Of a stretch of DNA of 64,000 bases, positions 53,916 through 64,000 are shown in pieces. The notes beneath the pieces are model-generated. The model had not been told where the DNA came from, ran no database searches, and saw only the letters and a program-made list of their open reading frames with translations. The stretch lies in the NCBI GenBank assembly GCA_049975265.1, contig JBNGDF010000007.1:63542-127541 (forward strand), in the 5' to 3' direction. The DNA is from Fidelibacterota bacterium (lineage in GTDB: Bacteria; Fidelibacterota; UBA2242). Position numbers and translations under genes: made by a program. Numbering within the stretch: position 1 is the stretch's first letter; the number at the start of each line of letters is the position of its first letter.

Positions 53916-54929
53916 ATGATTAAACCGCTCTTTTGGGAAAATGACCGGCTGTTTATCGTTGATCAGACACTTCTGCCTGCAGAATATCGCCGGATCGAAA
54001 TAAGCAGTCATCTGGAGATGGCGGAGGCGATCCGGCGCCTGGCAATCCGGGGCGCACCGGCGATCGGGATTGCCGCTGCTGCCGGTCTGGTCGTCGGCTT
54101 AAAACCTTATATTCATCGGCGGTCCGACCTGTTCATGGAAAAATTAAATGAGATTTCCGACATTCTAAACGGCACCCGCCCAACCGCCGTGAATCTCGCC
54201 TGGGCAATCCGACGGATGAAATCGGTCGCTGATAAAAACCGGAATCGCCCTACAACCGAAATCTGGGAATCCCTGCTTCGCGAATGCCAATCGATCCATG
54301 CCGAAGACATCCAAATGTGTCAGGCGATCGGGCAAAACGGACAGCGGCTGATCCCCGATAATGCTCAGATTATTACCCATTGCAACACCGGCGGTCTGGC
54401 AACCGGTGGTCTCGGTACCGCTCTGGGAATCATCATGACAGCTCACAACGCCGGAAAGCGGGTTCATGTGTTTGTGGATGAGACCCGCCCGCTGTTGCAG
54501 GGAGCCCGGTTGACCGCTTGGGAGCTGGCGGAAGAAAAGGTGCCCCACACGCTGATCTGCGATAATATGGCGGCATATGTTATGAAAGAGAAAAAGATTG
54601 ATCTGGTCATTGTCGGTGCCGACCGCATCGCTGCCAATGGGGATACCGCCAATAAGATCGGCACTTACGGGCTGGCTGTTCTGGCGGCTCACCACAAGGT
54701 CCCCTTCTACGTGGCGGCACCAAGCTCCACCATCGACTCAGATATTCCTTCAGGCACCCAAATTCCCATCGAAGAGCGCCAGGAAAATGAGGTGCGCAGC
54801 ATTTTCGGAGCAGCGATCACCCCGGCTCAGAGTCCGGCGATCTCTCCGGCTTTCGATGTAACCCCCGCCAATCTGATCAGCGGCATTATTACCGAAAAGA
54901 AAATATTCCATGCCCCCTATACCTTTTGA
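53916..54929 (+). CDS. mtnA: S-methyl-5-thioribose-1-phosphate isomerase
   Basis: IRGAPAIG, RPTAVNL, THCNTGGLAT, ETRPLLQGARLT, NKIGTY. Confidence 0.93.
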   Translation: MIKPLFWENDRLFIVDQTLLPAEYRRIEISSHLEMAEAIRRLAIRGAPAIGIAAAAGLVVGLKPYIHRRSDLFMEKLNEISDILNGTRPTAVNLAWAIRRMKSVADKNRNRPTTEIWESLLRECQSIHAEDIQMCQAIGQNGQRLIPDNAQIITHCNTGGLATGGLGTALGIIMTAHNAGKRVHVFVDETRPLLQGARLTAWELAEEKVPHTLICDNMAAYVMKEKKIDLVIVGADRIAANGDTANKIGTYGLAVLAAHHKVPFYVAAPSSTIDSDIPSGTQIPIEERQENEVRSIFGAAITPAQSPAISPAFDVTPANLISGIITEKKIFHAPYTF

Positions 54930-55007
54930 AGCCGATAACTTCCTTGGAAAGTCGCCTGTCAAATGATAAATTTTAATGTTTATTAACCTACTAGAAGGAG
55001 TATTTGC

Positions 55008-56072
55008 ATGAAACGCCGAATCCTTTTGACCATTTTCGTAATGTCTCTTGTAAGTGTCTTTTTTCTCGGCTCCTGCCAGAGTCCCGAAGTCACATCTGCG
55101 AAAGTGTATTTTCAGCAAAACAATATTCCGGCTGCCGAAGAGCAGCTCCTGATTGCTCTCGAAAAAGAACCGATGAACCCCGAAGTCCCTTTCCTGCTGG
55201 CTGTCAAAGTCTACATGGAACAGGGAGAATGGATGAAAGCGAAAAAATATCTCGAAAAGGTCATTGAAATCGACCCCAATTACGTCTATCCGGTGGGGAG
55301 TGTCAAAGTCGATGATCAGCTGAAACGGCTCTGGGCTGAAGTCCATACCCAGGGTGCCAACCTGTTTAACGAAGCCATCAAAGCCATTCTGCCGATTGAA
55401 AAAGACTCCCTGCTCAGTGAAGCGGCGGACAAATTCAACCTAGCCCTTGAAATCCGTGATACGGAAGCGGCGACTTACAACGGCTTGATCAAATGCTACT
55501 ACATGCTGGAAGAAAACGACAAAATCATCGAACTTGCCGAAAAAGCACGGGAAAAGGGCATTTTTGACGAAGATGTGACGATGTATTATACCCAGGCTCT
55601 GTTTGATAAAGGTGAAAAAGACAGAGCCGTGGAAACCCTGAACGATATTTTAACCGAACACCACGATGCCATCAAATTGCAGGAACAGAGAATCCAATTT
55701 CTCCTCTACATGGACCGTCTGGACGAAGCCCGGGAAATCGCCAAAGAACTGGCGGCGGAATATCCTACAGATGTGGATATTATGTACCTGCTCGCATTTA
55801 TCTATTATAAGCTCGGCGACTTTGAGTCCGCCCAATATCAGTTCCAGAAGGTACTCATCGAAAATCCCGATGATTATCAGGTACTCCACAACATCGCCAA
55901 TTCCGCATTTCAGGCGGAGGACTGGTACAGCAGTGAAGAGTACGCCCGGCGCATGGTAGAGCTGGACCCGGAAAATCCGGCGGGATACCAGATTCTCTGG
56001 AAAGCGCTGTTCAATCAGGGACGCAGAGAAGAGGCGGAAGAGTACCGCCAGATTGAAAAAAGTCTGCGGTAA
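55008..56072 (+). CDS. TPR-repeat lipoprotein
   Basis: AAGGAG RBS; lipobox LGS-C; TPR repeats. Confidence 0.85.
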   Translation: MKRRILLTIFVMSLVSVFFLGSCQSPEVTSAKVYFQQNNIPAAEEQLLIALEKEPMNPEVPFLLAVKVYMEQGEWMKAKKYLEKVIEIDPNYVYPVGSVKVDDQLKRLWAEVHTQGANLFNEAIKAILPIEKDSLLSEAADKFNLALEIRDTEAATYNGLIKCYYMLEENDKIIELAEKAREKGIFDEDVTMYYTQALFDKGEKDRAVETLNDILTEHHDAIKLQEQRIQFLLYMDRLDEAREIAKELAAEYPTDVDIMYLLAFIYYKLGDFESAQYQFQKVLIENPDDYQVLHNIANSAFQAEDWYSSEEYARRMVELDPENPAGYQILWKALFNQGRREEAEEYRQIEKSLR

Positions 56073-56100
56073 ACTCTTTTTACCATATTGTTAAAAATGT

Positions 56101-56132
56101 AAAAAAAGCCGGTCTCAGTACCGGCTTTTTTT
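56101..56132. terminator. Bidirectional intrinsic terminator
   Basis: A7-gccggt-ctcagt-accggc-T7 between convergent genes. Confidence 0.85.
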
Positions 56133-56152
56133 ATCTTCATCAATATTTCTGA

Positions 56153-57058
56153 TTATCCGATCCGGCGGCGCTTCCGCAGGTATTCAGTCAGCGCCAGGTC
56201 CAGATGCTGATCGGTGACCAATGTGACGTAATCGATATTGTTTTCACGGCATTGAAGTTTATAATTTTCAATAAAGTGCCGAATTAACCCCTGATAGGCT
56301 TCCTGAATGTGCCAGGGCTCCGTATTCATCCACTGGTCGGTCTCCAGATCCACAAAGCGGGTCTGGCGGTGGAAGGCGAACTCAATCTCCTGGCGGTCAA
56401 GGATATGAAAGAGGATAACCTCATGCCGTTTATGCCGGAAATGCTTCAATGCCTGAATAACTTCAGCGGGCTCATCCAGCAGGTCGGAAATCAGCACAAT
56501 CAGACCCCGTTTTTTCAGCTTTTCCGCCAGTTCATGGAGCTGCGGGGCGATTCGGGTTTCCGCTCCGGCTTGGACCTGTTCCAGGGCGCCGAGCAGGAGA
56601 TTGAGATGCCCCTGCTTGGCAACCGGCGGAAGATAAGTGCGGACCCGGTCGTCAAAGAGCGTCAGACTGACCGCATCCTGCTGTTTCAGCATCAGGTACG
56701 CCAGCGCCGCCGCCAGATAGGAGGCATACTCCAGTTTGCTAATGGCGGTCGATGAATATTGCATGGAGCCGCTTTTGTCCAGCAGAATATAGGATTTGAG
56801 GTTGGTTTCCTCTTCGAATTGCTTGATATAATAACGGTCGGTTTTACCGTACAGTTTCCAGTCTATATGCCGGATTTCATCACCGGGATTGTAGGGGCGA
56901 TGTTCGGCAAATTCCACGGAAAAGCCGTGGTAGGGGCTCTTGTGAAGCCCCAGAATGAAGCCCTCCACCACCAGTCGTGCCCGGAGTGCCATATTATCCA
57001 GACGGGCGATGGTTACCGGGTCCAGATATTTGAGTTTATCGATCTGTCTCTCCGCCAT
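56153..57058 (-). CDS. DUF58 domain protein (MoxR partner)
   Basis: GFSVEFAEHRPY.PGD..RHIDWK, LLDKSGSM, ISDL. Confidence 0.92.
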   Translation of the reverse strand: MAERQIDKLKYLDPVTIARLDNMALRARLVVEGFILGLHKSPYHGFSVEFAEHRPYNPGDEIRHIDWKLYGKTDRYYIKQFEEETNLKSYILLDKSGSMQYSSTAISKLEYASYLAAALAYLMLKQQDAVSLTLFDDRVRTYLPPVAKQGHLNLLLGALEQVQAGAETRIAPQLHELAEKLKKRGLIVLISDLLDEPAEVIQALKHFRHKRHEVILFHILDRQEIEFAFHRQTRFVDLETDQWMNTEPWHIQEAYQGLIRHFIENYKLQCRENNIDYVTLVTDQHLDLALTEYLRKRRRIG

Positions 57059-57063
57059 AGGCG

Positions 57064-58068
57064 TTATCTCCGCAGCCATTCGATTAGTCTGGCGGTGACC
57101 GTATCGGTATCGATGCCTTCGGATTCGGCATTGAAATTCAGAATCAGGCGGTGACGCAATACCGGTCTGGCAATCCGGATAACATCATCAATATTGGGCG
57201 TCGGTTGACCATGTAAAATGGCATTGGCTTTGGCAGCCAGAATCAGATATTGCGATGCCCGCGGCCCGGCACCCCATTCAATCCAGTTACCGATAAAATC
57301 CGGAGCTATTTCACCGTTGGGACGCGAGGCGGTGACCAGCTTGACGGCAAATTCGATAACATTATCGGCTACCGGTACCCGTCTCACCAGCTCCTGAAAC
57401 TGCATAATGGCGTCCCTCCGGACCACTGTTCCAACTGCCCTGGCGATATCATAGGTCGTGGATTTGACGATCTCAATCTCCTCCTCAAAGCTGGGATACT
57501 CGACATTCAAACTGAACATAAAACGGTCCAGCTGGGCTTCCGGCAGCGGATAGGTTCCCTCCTGCTCGATGGGATTCTGGGTCGCCAGAACGAAAAAAGG
57601 CTCTTCCAGCCGGTAGGTCTTGCCCGCCGCGGTAACATGATGTTCCTGCATGGCTTCCAAAAGCGCCGCTTGCGTCTTGGGGGGTGTCCGGTTGATTTCA
57701 TCTGCCAGAATGATATTCCCGAAAATCGGTCCCTGAAAAAAGCGGAATTCCCGCCGACCGCTCTGCTTGTCTTCCTCAATGACCTCTGTTCCGGTGATGT
57801 CCGACGGCATCAGGTCCGGCGTGAACTGAATCCGCCGGAAGCTCAAATCCAGCGCCTGCGCCAAAGTCTTGATCAGTAATGTCTTTGCCAGTCCCGGCAC
57901 CCCAATCAATAAGCAATGTCCCTGACAAAGCAGCGAAATGAGAAGCTGGTCTATTATCTCCCTCTGTCCGATAATGACTTTGCCCAACTCGGCACACAGG
58001 ATTTCACGGGTTTGATACAATTGCTGCACCAGCTCAACATCATCGGTTTTCGTTTTATTCATCATCAT
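57064..58068 (-). CDS. MoxR-family AAA+ ATPase
   Basis: [47 protein letters not shown]. Confidence 0.95.
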   Translation of the reverse strand: MMMNKTKTDDVELVQQLYQTREILCAELGKVIIGQREIIDQLLISLLCQGHCLLIGVPGLAKTLLIKTLAQALDLSFRRIQFTPDLMPSDITGTEVIEEDKQSGRREFRFFQGPIFGNIILADEINRTPPKTQAALLEAMQEHHVTAAGKTYRLEEPFFVLATQNPIEQEGTYPLPEAQLDRFMFSLNVEYPSFEEEIEIVKSTTYDIARAVGTVVRRDAIMQFQELVRRVPVADNVIEFAVKLVTASRPNGEIAPDFIGNWIEWGAGPRASQYLILAAKANAILHGQPTPNIDDVIRIARPVLRHRLILNFNAESEGIDTDTVTARLIEWLRR

Positions 58069-58234
58069 AATTTTCCCTGTTGTTTGTCCTAAAAAATCCA
58101 AGAAATGTAAGATTAAATCCGACCAAGGGCAAGTGCGCCGGCGAATCTAACCTTTTTTATTTCATTTCAAAACCCTTAACTTTACCCCATTATTGATCAC
58201 GCTTGTTGAAGTACAGCTTTTTATTATTGTTCCT

Positions 58235-60058
58235 ATGAAAATGAAACGAAAAATTCCAATTTCCATTTTCTGGATTCTGAATATCTTTCTGTTAAGAGGT
58301 ATTTTTGCCCAGAATTATGTCTGTGATTTTGATCCGGTCGTGATTACGGGTAGTCTTAATGAAATTCCGTTGTCCGCATCTCCCAAACATATTTTGGTGA
58401 TTGATCAACAGACTATCCAATCTACCAGAATCGAAAGTCTCGACCAACTGCTGCAAAAGATCGTGGGTATTGACATCCATTCACAAGGACCGCTTAATAT
58501 TCAATCGGATATCAGTATTCGGGGAGCCGGAGCAGAACAAACGCTAATCCTGATTGACGGACTGAAAATGTCCGATCCGCAAACCGCCCATCATAATTTC
58601 GATCTACCGTTAAACCCGGAAAATATCGAACAAATTGAAATTATCAGGGGAAGCGCATCCCGGCAATATGGCAGTACCGCCTACGCCGGGGTGATCAATT
58701 TTATCACCCGAAAAGTTGAAAAACCGGAATTATCAGCTGAAATTGCCGGTGGCGATAATTCATACTATCATGCAGCCGGCAATCTTGCTTTTCAAAAGAA
58801 TAATTTTTACAGTCAGCTAACCACGAAAATTCAACATTCCGCCGGATACCGGTACAATACCGATTATGATAATCTTATTCTTTTTTTTAAAAACACCTAT
58901 CAGAGCTCAATTGGTAAAGTCCATTTCTCCACCGGCTACCGAAAAAAAGAATTTGGTGCTAATGAGTTTTATTACGTCCGATATCAGAATCAACGGGAGG
59001 ACACGGAAACATTTTTCATAAACCTAAACGGCTTTTTCAACAGACCAAATGGTTTATTCTCGGCGGGATTCAGCGGGCGGCGCCATAATGATCATTACCT
59101 GCTGGATTTTACGAATCCATCTTTTTATGAGAACAACCACTTCACCAACACTTTTCATTTAAACCTGAAAAGAACATTCCAATCGAAACGCCGAACTCAT
59201 AACATTGCCTTGGACGGAACCGTCGAAGCAATTCAAAGTAATAATCTAGGGTCTCATCAGAGACAAAATATCGGGATCGTTTATGAATATCAATGGCGTC
59301 CCAACAATCGCCTGGCGCTTCAATTGGGATCGTCGGCAAATTTCCACTCGGAATGGAAAGGAGTAGTCGTACCAGGTATTGATTGTCAGTATCGGTTTTT
59401 ACCAAATTTGGTATGGCACGGTTCGGTCGGTCGCGGATTCCGAATCCCCACCTTTACCGAACTGTATTATCATAGCCCCACTAACCAGGGCAACCCGGAT
59501 TTAAAACCTGAAAAAGCCCTGACTATGGAACAAAATATCCTTTGGAAAAATGGTGCCCGGTCATTACAATTTGGAATATTCATCCGCGATGGTAAAGCGC
59601 AGATTGACTGGGTAAGAAAAAATGCTGCCGATCCCTGGCAGGTTAAAAATATCGCCAGGATCGTGAATTACGGCATTGAAACAACCCTTTCATTTCCAAT
59701 GAAAAGTATTTTTATTAACTCCGTCTCACTTTCCTACTGTTATACCTACACAGATAAACACAACGCTCATTATGAATCAAAATATCTCCTGAATTCGCTG
59801 ACACATCAATTTATCCTTGATTTTCACCCGTTTGACATATTAGGCATTCAGCAAATCTGGAATTTTCGTCTCGAAGACAGATTGAATCAGCAAGAAAATA
59901 CAATAGTTGACGCCTGCTTTACAAAAAATATTCTCGATTTTACACTCAGTTTATCAGTCACCAATCTGCTGGATAGTCAATATACCGGTTATTCTGGAGT
60001 CCCGATGCCCGGTCGCTGGATTACATTCGGGTTGAAATATAAAATCATCTATGAATAA
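58235..60058 (+). CDS. TonB-dependent outer-membrane receptor (BtuB-like)
   Basis: VVITGS, ISIRG, LILIDG, IEQIEIIRG, GNPDLKPE, NLLD..Y, PGR. Confidence 0.9.
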   Translation: MKMKRKIPISIFWILNIFLLRGIFAQNYVCDFDPVVITGSLNEIPLSASPKHILVIDQQTIQSTRIESLDQLLQKIVGIDIHSQGPLNIQSDISIRGAGAEQTLILIDGLKMSDPQTAHHNFDLPLNPENIEQIEIIRGSASRQYGSTAYAGVINFITRKVEKPELSAEIAGGDNSYYHAAGNLAFQKNNFYSQLTTKIQHSAGYRYNTDYDNLILFFKNTYQSSIGKVHFSTGYRKKEFGANEFYYVRYQNQREDTETFFINLNGFFNRPNGLFSAGFSGRRHNDHYLLDFTNPSFYENNHFTNTFHLNLKRTFQSKRRTHNIALDGTVEAIQSNNLGSHQRQNIGIVYEYQWRPNNRLALQLGSSANFHSEWKGVVVPGIDCQYRFLPNLVWHGSVGRGFRIPTFTELYYHSPTNQGNPDLKPEKALTMEQNILWKNGARSLQFGIFIRDGKAQIDWVRKNAADPWQVKNIARIVNYGIETTLSFPMKSIFINSVSLSYCYTYTDKHNAHYESKYLLNSLTHQFILDFHPFDILGIQQIWNFRLEDRLNQQENTIVDACFTKNILDFTLSLSVTNLLDSQYTGYSGVPMPGRWITFGLKYKIIYE

Positions 60059-60847
60059 TCTTTTCTGGTACAAAATTTTGCTCAGTTTTATTGTCAGTGG
60101 GATATGGGTCACTCTGACAACCATCATAGCGGAAAAATTCGGCGTAAAATCGGCGGTCTGCTGGGCGGTCTGCCGTCGACAATCGTCGTGACGCTGCTCT
60201 TTATCGGCTTGACGCAAAACGCCAACCTAGCCTCACAAGCCACCACCATTGTCCCCCTGGCGCACGGCTTCAACACCTTTTTCATCCTCACATTCATACA
60301 GACCATTCCCGGCGGACTAAAGCGTGCAGTGCCCCTGTCACTGCTGGTCTGGTTTCTCTCGGCCGGCTTATTGATTCTGATCAATGTCGAACGTTACTGG
60401 ATAGCGCTGGGCGGCTGGCTGGTCTTTTTAGGAATGGCTTATTTCCTCCTGGAAAAAAGACTCCGGATTCATTCCCATACAACCATTCCCATCCGATACC
60501 AATCGGGGCAGATTCTGTTCCGGGCGCTTTTCAGCGGCAGCGTGATCGTTTTTGCCGTGGTTATGGGTAAGCTGGGCGGTCCGCTGATCGGCGGCATTTT
60601 TGCTACCTTCCCGGCGCTGTTTCTGACCACCCTGATCATCACCTACCGTTCCGGCGGCGCCGGTTTCGCCCGGGCAACCGCCAAGTCGCTCCTGATCAGC
60701 GGTCTATTCAATGTGATCATTTATACCGTCGTCGTCCGCTATCTGTTTGTCCGGATCGGGCTGTTTCCGGGAACAGGAATCGCGCTGGCAATATCCGTCG
60801 GTACGGGATATCTGACCTTTCTGTTCATGGGGAAATGGGTCTCCTGA
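60051..60847 (+). pseudogene. Multi-TM membrane protein (DUF3147-like) with an apparent 1-nt deletion near 60144
   Basis: ATG 60051 gives MNNLFWYKILLSFIVSGIWVTLTTIIAEKFG; the expected continuation KIGGLLGGLPST is in another frame after ggc-gt-aaa. Confidence 0.7.
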
Positions 60848-60852
60848 TGGAT

Positions 60853-61747
60853 TCAATTGCCGAAATTATAGACGAAGGACAGCCAGGGAATCGGAATCCC
60901 CTCCTTTAAAATCTCAAGCAGAATAATCGCACCCGCATCCACGGCGATATGCTTACCGAAAAAGCGTATGGCGATACTAAACGGCTGCCAGCTGATATCA
61001 AAATTTTCGCCCGGCATCATCCAATTCTCAGAAACCAGAGAGAGGCTGTTGGAAAGCCGGTAATTGCCACCCCAGACGAGAATTGGTGAACGTGCCCACT
61101 CAATGTCCCCGTTCTCACCGGAAAATCCTTTTCCGATTCCCACCGTAATACAGCGCCCCGGCGGACCGTAGCTGCCCGTCAAAAAACCGATTCCCGCGCT
61201 GAAATCATCAGGTGCAGCCAGATACAGGAATCCGCCAGAAAAGGAAAACCTGTCCGCGAGTGCCAGACCAAACCGGGGAGCAATGTACACCATCTGATCC
61301 CTCACTGGAATCCCCGGAATCAGGGAAAAGCCCGCCATAATGCTCAGCCGCTCGGTCAAGCCGTAGGCAATTCCCGGAAAAAAAACATAGTAATTCGGTC
61401 ATATACCCCACACCTTTTCCCAGCGGGTGTCCCGTAGGGGTAAAGAGCAGCCGCGTGTAATTCGGATCAGAACGCCGGAATTCTCCGGTGACCATCCAGC
61501 CATGCGCCGTCCGGCGGGACGCAATGATCGATTTCGGCAGTGTAATTCTCAATCCCGAGGCAGTCATAAATACCACGGAATCGGGTTCCTCGGCGATGAT
61601 CGTGCCTTGTAACAGCGAGCCGTCCGACAGCTCCAGCGATAGCAGCGATAGCAGCGAATCGGCGGGCGGCGTCCCGGCGACCATCAGCCGGAATCCAACC
61701 GCCAGGATAAGAAGTACTATTCTTTTTGCTATAGCTGCGACGTGCAT
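60853..61747 (-). pseudogene. Exported beta-barrel-like protein split by a +1 frameshift near 61378-61395
   Basis: ORF 61747 reads ...DPNYTRLLFTPTGHPLGKGVGYMT; the next frame reads YYVFFPGIAYGLTERLS... to ...WLSFVYNFGN. Confidence 0.7.
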
Positions 61748-61775
61748 TGCACAAATTACCCTTTATAAATCCTTA

Positions 61776-63245
61776 TCAGAGAACATCCGTAAAAATCTCC
61801 TGATTTCCAAAGGGATCCTGAAACTGCTGTTCCTTCCGGAAGGTCAAGCCCTTTTCCCCGCGGTTATTCAGATATTGCGTCAGTTCCAGATCAATTTTTT
61901 CCGGCAATTGAATACCGCCCGCCGCCAGCATCTGTCGCAATAAAGCCTCCGCTCGCCCTGCCAGAGCCACGGCATCGGTCAGCACCCGTCCCGTTTCGGC
62001 GGGATTGTGAAATCCACTTGAATTTTCCGCCGCAATAAATATCACCCGTAAAAAAGCCCGCTTATAAAGGTCCACAGCGCGTTGATACAAATTTTCATCT
62101 ACCCGCAATCCCTTCTGCTGTTCCCGGTGCAGCCGTTCGAACAGCTTCGCCGCCGTAGCCGTGGCATAACCAGCCCGGTTCAACATCGAAACCGTGCGGT
62201 CCTGAATATGAAATACCTGCTTCTCCAGCCAGTCCGCCGATTCGGTATGACATTGTCGGCAGGCACGCATGTCCGCCTTCAGTGGACTGGTAACATCATG
62301 ATCGGAAATTTTATTGGCACCGACCCGGGAGTAGGGCATGTGACAATCGATACAGGATATCTCCGCCTGCCAATGAACGCTGCCATTGCTGTACAGCTCA
62401 AACTCCGGATGCCGGATGTACGGCAGTGGGAATCCCGTCACACCCTGAACCCATTCAATCCGGCTCTCATCACTCAGTAAATCGCTGATGATATTTTCAA
62501 TGGGAATGTTGCCCCAGCGACTGCCGGTCCAGGGCGGTTGAACGTCACCGGCGACTTTTCGATTCTGATCCCGCGGAACATAATAGGTGATATGACACTA
62601 TGCGCAAACCAGGTTGCGTTTATCCTGATGAGACAACTCCGTCTTGTCCAACAGCGCCAGTCCCCGCTCCAGATGCGACTTGTGAGTACGAATCTCCATC
62701 GTACTGCCCTGATGACAATCAATGCACGCCGGTCCCAGTTCACGATGTTTCTCCGGCAGCATATTGACCGCCTCCAAGAAGGGCGCTTTCAGGTAATCCA
62801 TACCGTACTTATCTGTAAACTCTTTATGGAACGGGGTCTTGCAAGCCAGACACACACCACCCGGGCTGGTGCGGGACGGGTCAATCTCAATCTGATCAAT
62901 CACCGCATAATGATGACCGCGTGGCTCGTTGTATTCGATGCCGAATCCCCAACCGTGGTACAGCAACGCGGAAAAGGGGAATTCACTCAGACGGTCATAG
63001 ATGATGCGGTCCTCATCCCAGCCGCGCCGGTAGCGACTCTTACCTGCCGGCTTGGGATGTTTCGTCTGCCGCCAGGATTCATAATTCAACGGGTAAACGC
63101 GCCCCCAGACTTCGGGATCATATTCATTATCAGAAATTTGAGCGACTTTAATCAGCTCCGGCTTCTCCGGAGCGCAATTGCGCAGTGCCAGTGCAGCACC
63201 GCTAACCAGTCCTAAAAAAACCAGTGATTTCCGTAATTTAGTCAT
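61776..63245 (-). pseudogene. nrfA: Cytochrome c nitrite reductase catalytic subunit with in-frame TAG at 62598-62600
   Basis: YNEPRGH, CLACK, CIDCH, CA*CH, HPEFE, CIDCH, CRQCH, AENSSGFHNP; 489 codons in one frame if the TAG is read through. Confidence 0.9.
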
Positions 63246-63259
63246 CTTCTCCTCCTTGC

Positions 63260-63721
63260 TTATTTCCCCGCAGCTGCCATAGGAAAATTATGGTTCATGC
63301 GCCGGTGACAACTCCAGCACTCCCGGTCGTCAAGCGTCATTTGCGAGACCATTTCAGCGTGACAGCGCACACAATTGTTCTGGACTGTCCGCTCGCCATG
63401 CGCGGATATTGTCAGGTCATCGGCATACAGACGACCGAAAAAGAAGATCACATCTTTGGTACCGTCATACCCCTTCCAGAACATGTGTTGAACAAAATTG
63501 TTTTGGGGCAGATGACACTCAACGCAATCCAGATGACGGTGATCGGCATGCTTCCGCCAGGCATCGTGGTGATATTCCATGACGTGGCAGCTGGCACAGA
63601 ATTCCGGTGTGGATGTTAAATGATACACATCCGGCGGTCCGAAAAATACAAACAGAAACAGCCCCGCCAGAATTCCGCCGATCCCCAGAATCTTCAGTCC
63701 AATCCGCCTTCGCAATTTCAC
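63260..63721 (-). CDS. nrfH: Cytochrome c nitrite reductase small (quinol dehydrogenase) subunit
   Basis: N-terminal TM; four CxxCH (CASCH, CVECH, CVRCH, CWSCH); GTG start 63721; upstream of nrfA. Confidence 0.92.
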   Translation of the reverse strand: MKLRRRIGLKILGIGGILAGLFLFVFFGPPDVYHLTSTPEFCASCHVMEYHHDAWRKHADHRHLDCVECHLPQNNFVQHMFWKGYDGTKDVIFFFGRLYADDLTISAHGERTVQNNCVRCHAEMVSQMTLDDRECWSCHRRMNHNFPMAAAGK

Positions 63722-63764
63722 CCCAATCCTTACGTCTCTGTATGTCAAATGAATAATGATTAAT

Positions 63765-64000
63765 GAGTCCACTCTAAAAAGGTTGCACATTAATCTGTAA
63801 ATAAATGTTGCATAATACACTGATATTACATATACATAGGTGTAATTTGAACTAATCACAGGAACCGCATGTTTCGAGAAAACACAAAACATCTGCAAGG
63901 TGATATGTTTGGAGTGACAAACCGTGTTTCGAAGTCCTTGCAGCAGAAGATTGACAACTCCGCCGAATCCACATTTTACCGTTTGATCTTTTCGAGGATT
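63765..64000 (+). mobile_element. Left end of an insertion sequence (IS1182/IS5-like); transposase starts at 63869 and is truncated by the window edge
   Basis: AGGAA RBS and MFRENTKHLQGDMFG...SAESTFYRLIFSRI resemble N-termini of this transposase group; candidate terminal repeat GAGTCCACTCTAAAA at 63765. Confidence 0.6.

Noticed and set aside
61635..61660. 9-bp tandem repeat (cagcgatag)
   Set aside because: Only about 2.5 copies encoding SLLSLLSL within a gene; not a CRISPR or meaningful VNTR.
62598..62600. Genome-wide TAG-to-Gln recoding as the explanation of the nrfA stop
   Set aside because: TAG terminates several intact genes in the window, and no other conserved gene shows an internal TAG.
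63846..63860. FNR/CRP-like site TTTGA-N5-TCACA near nrfH
   Set aside because: Wrong spacer length, and it lies inside the putative IS end.

Overview
64 kb of chromosome from a Gram-negative (LPS/Kdo-producing) bacterium. Gene content (PorV-like barrel, NrfHA, SelAB) suggests an anaerobic FCB-superphylum lineage such as Marinimicrobia/KSB1; this is inference. Most of the window is housekeeping on the minus strand: mutS, selAB, tsaC, ispG, argF, hslUV, hflKC, rpoN, lptBC, kdsABCD, pyrG, argS, rsfS, panBC, mnmA. The standout is a compact 8-gene operon (12449-20204) behind a sigma70-type promoter. It encodes a MotA/MotB stator with Na+-type signatures, a FliG rotor and a truncated FliF-like ring protein lacking the N-terminal RBM1/RBM2 region, co-transcribed with a beta-barrel/coiled-coil/TPR protein, two CpoB-like TPR proteins and a lipoprotein. 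No export-gate, FliM/FliN, rod, hook, flagellin or chemotaxis genes are present in the window, so this is a candidate flagellum-independent rotary envelope machine. Also present: an orphan Pycsar-type membrane effector, a bacterial aeRF1-like protein and an output-less multi-PAS sensor. At the right end an IS transposase sits just upstream of nrfH, nrfA carries an in-frame TAG inside a heme-binding motif, and two neighbouring genes are frameshifted. No rRNA, tRNA or CRISPR array was recognised.
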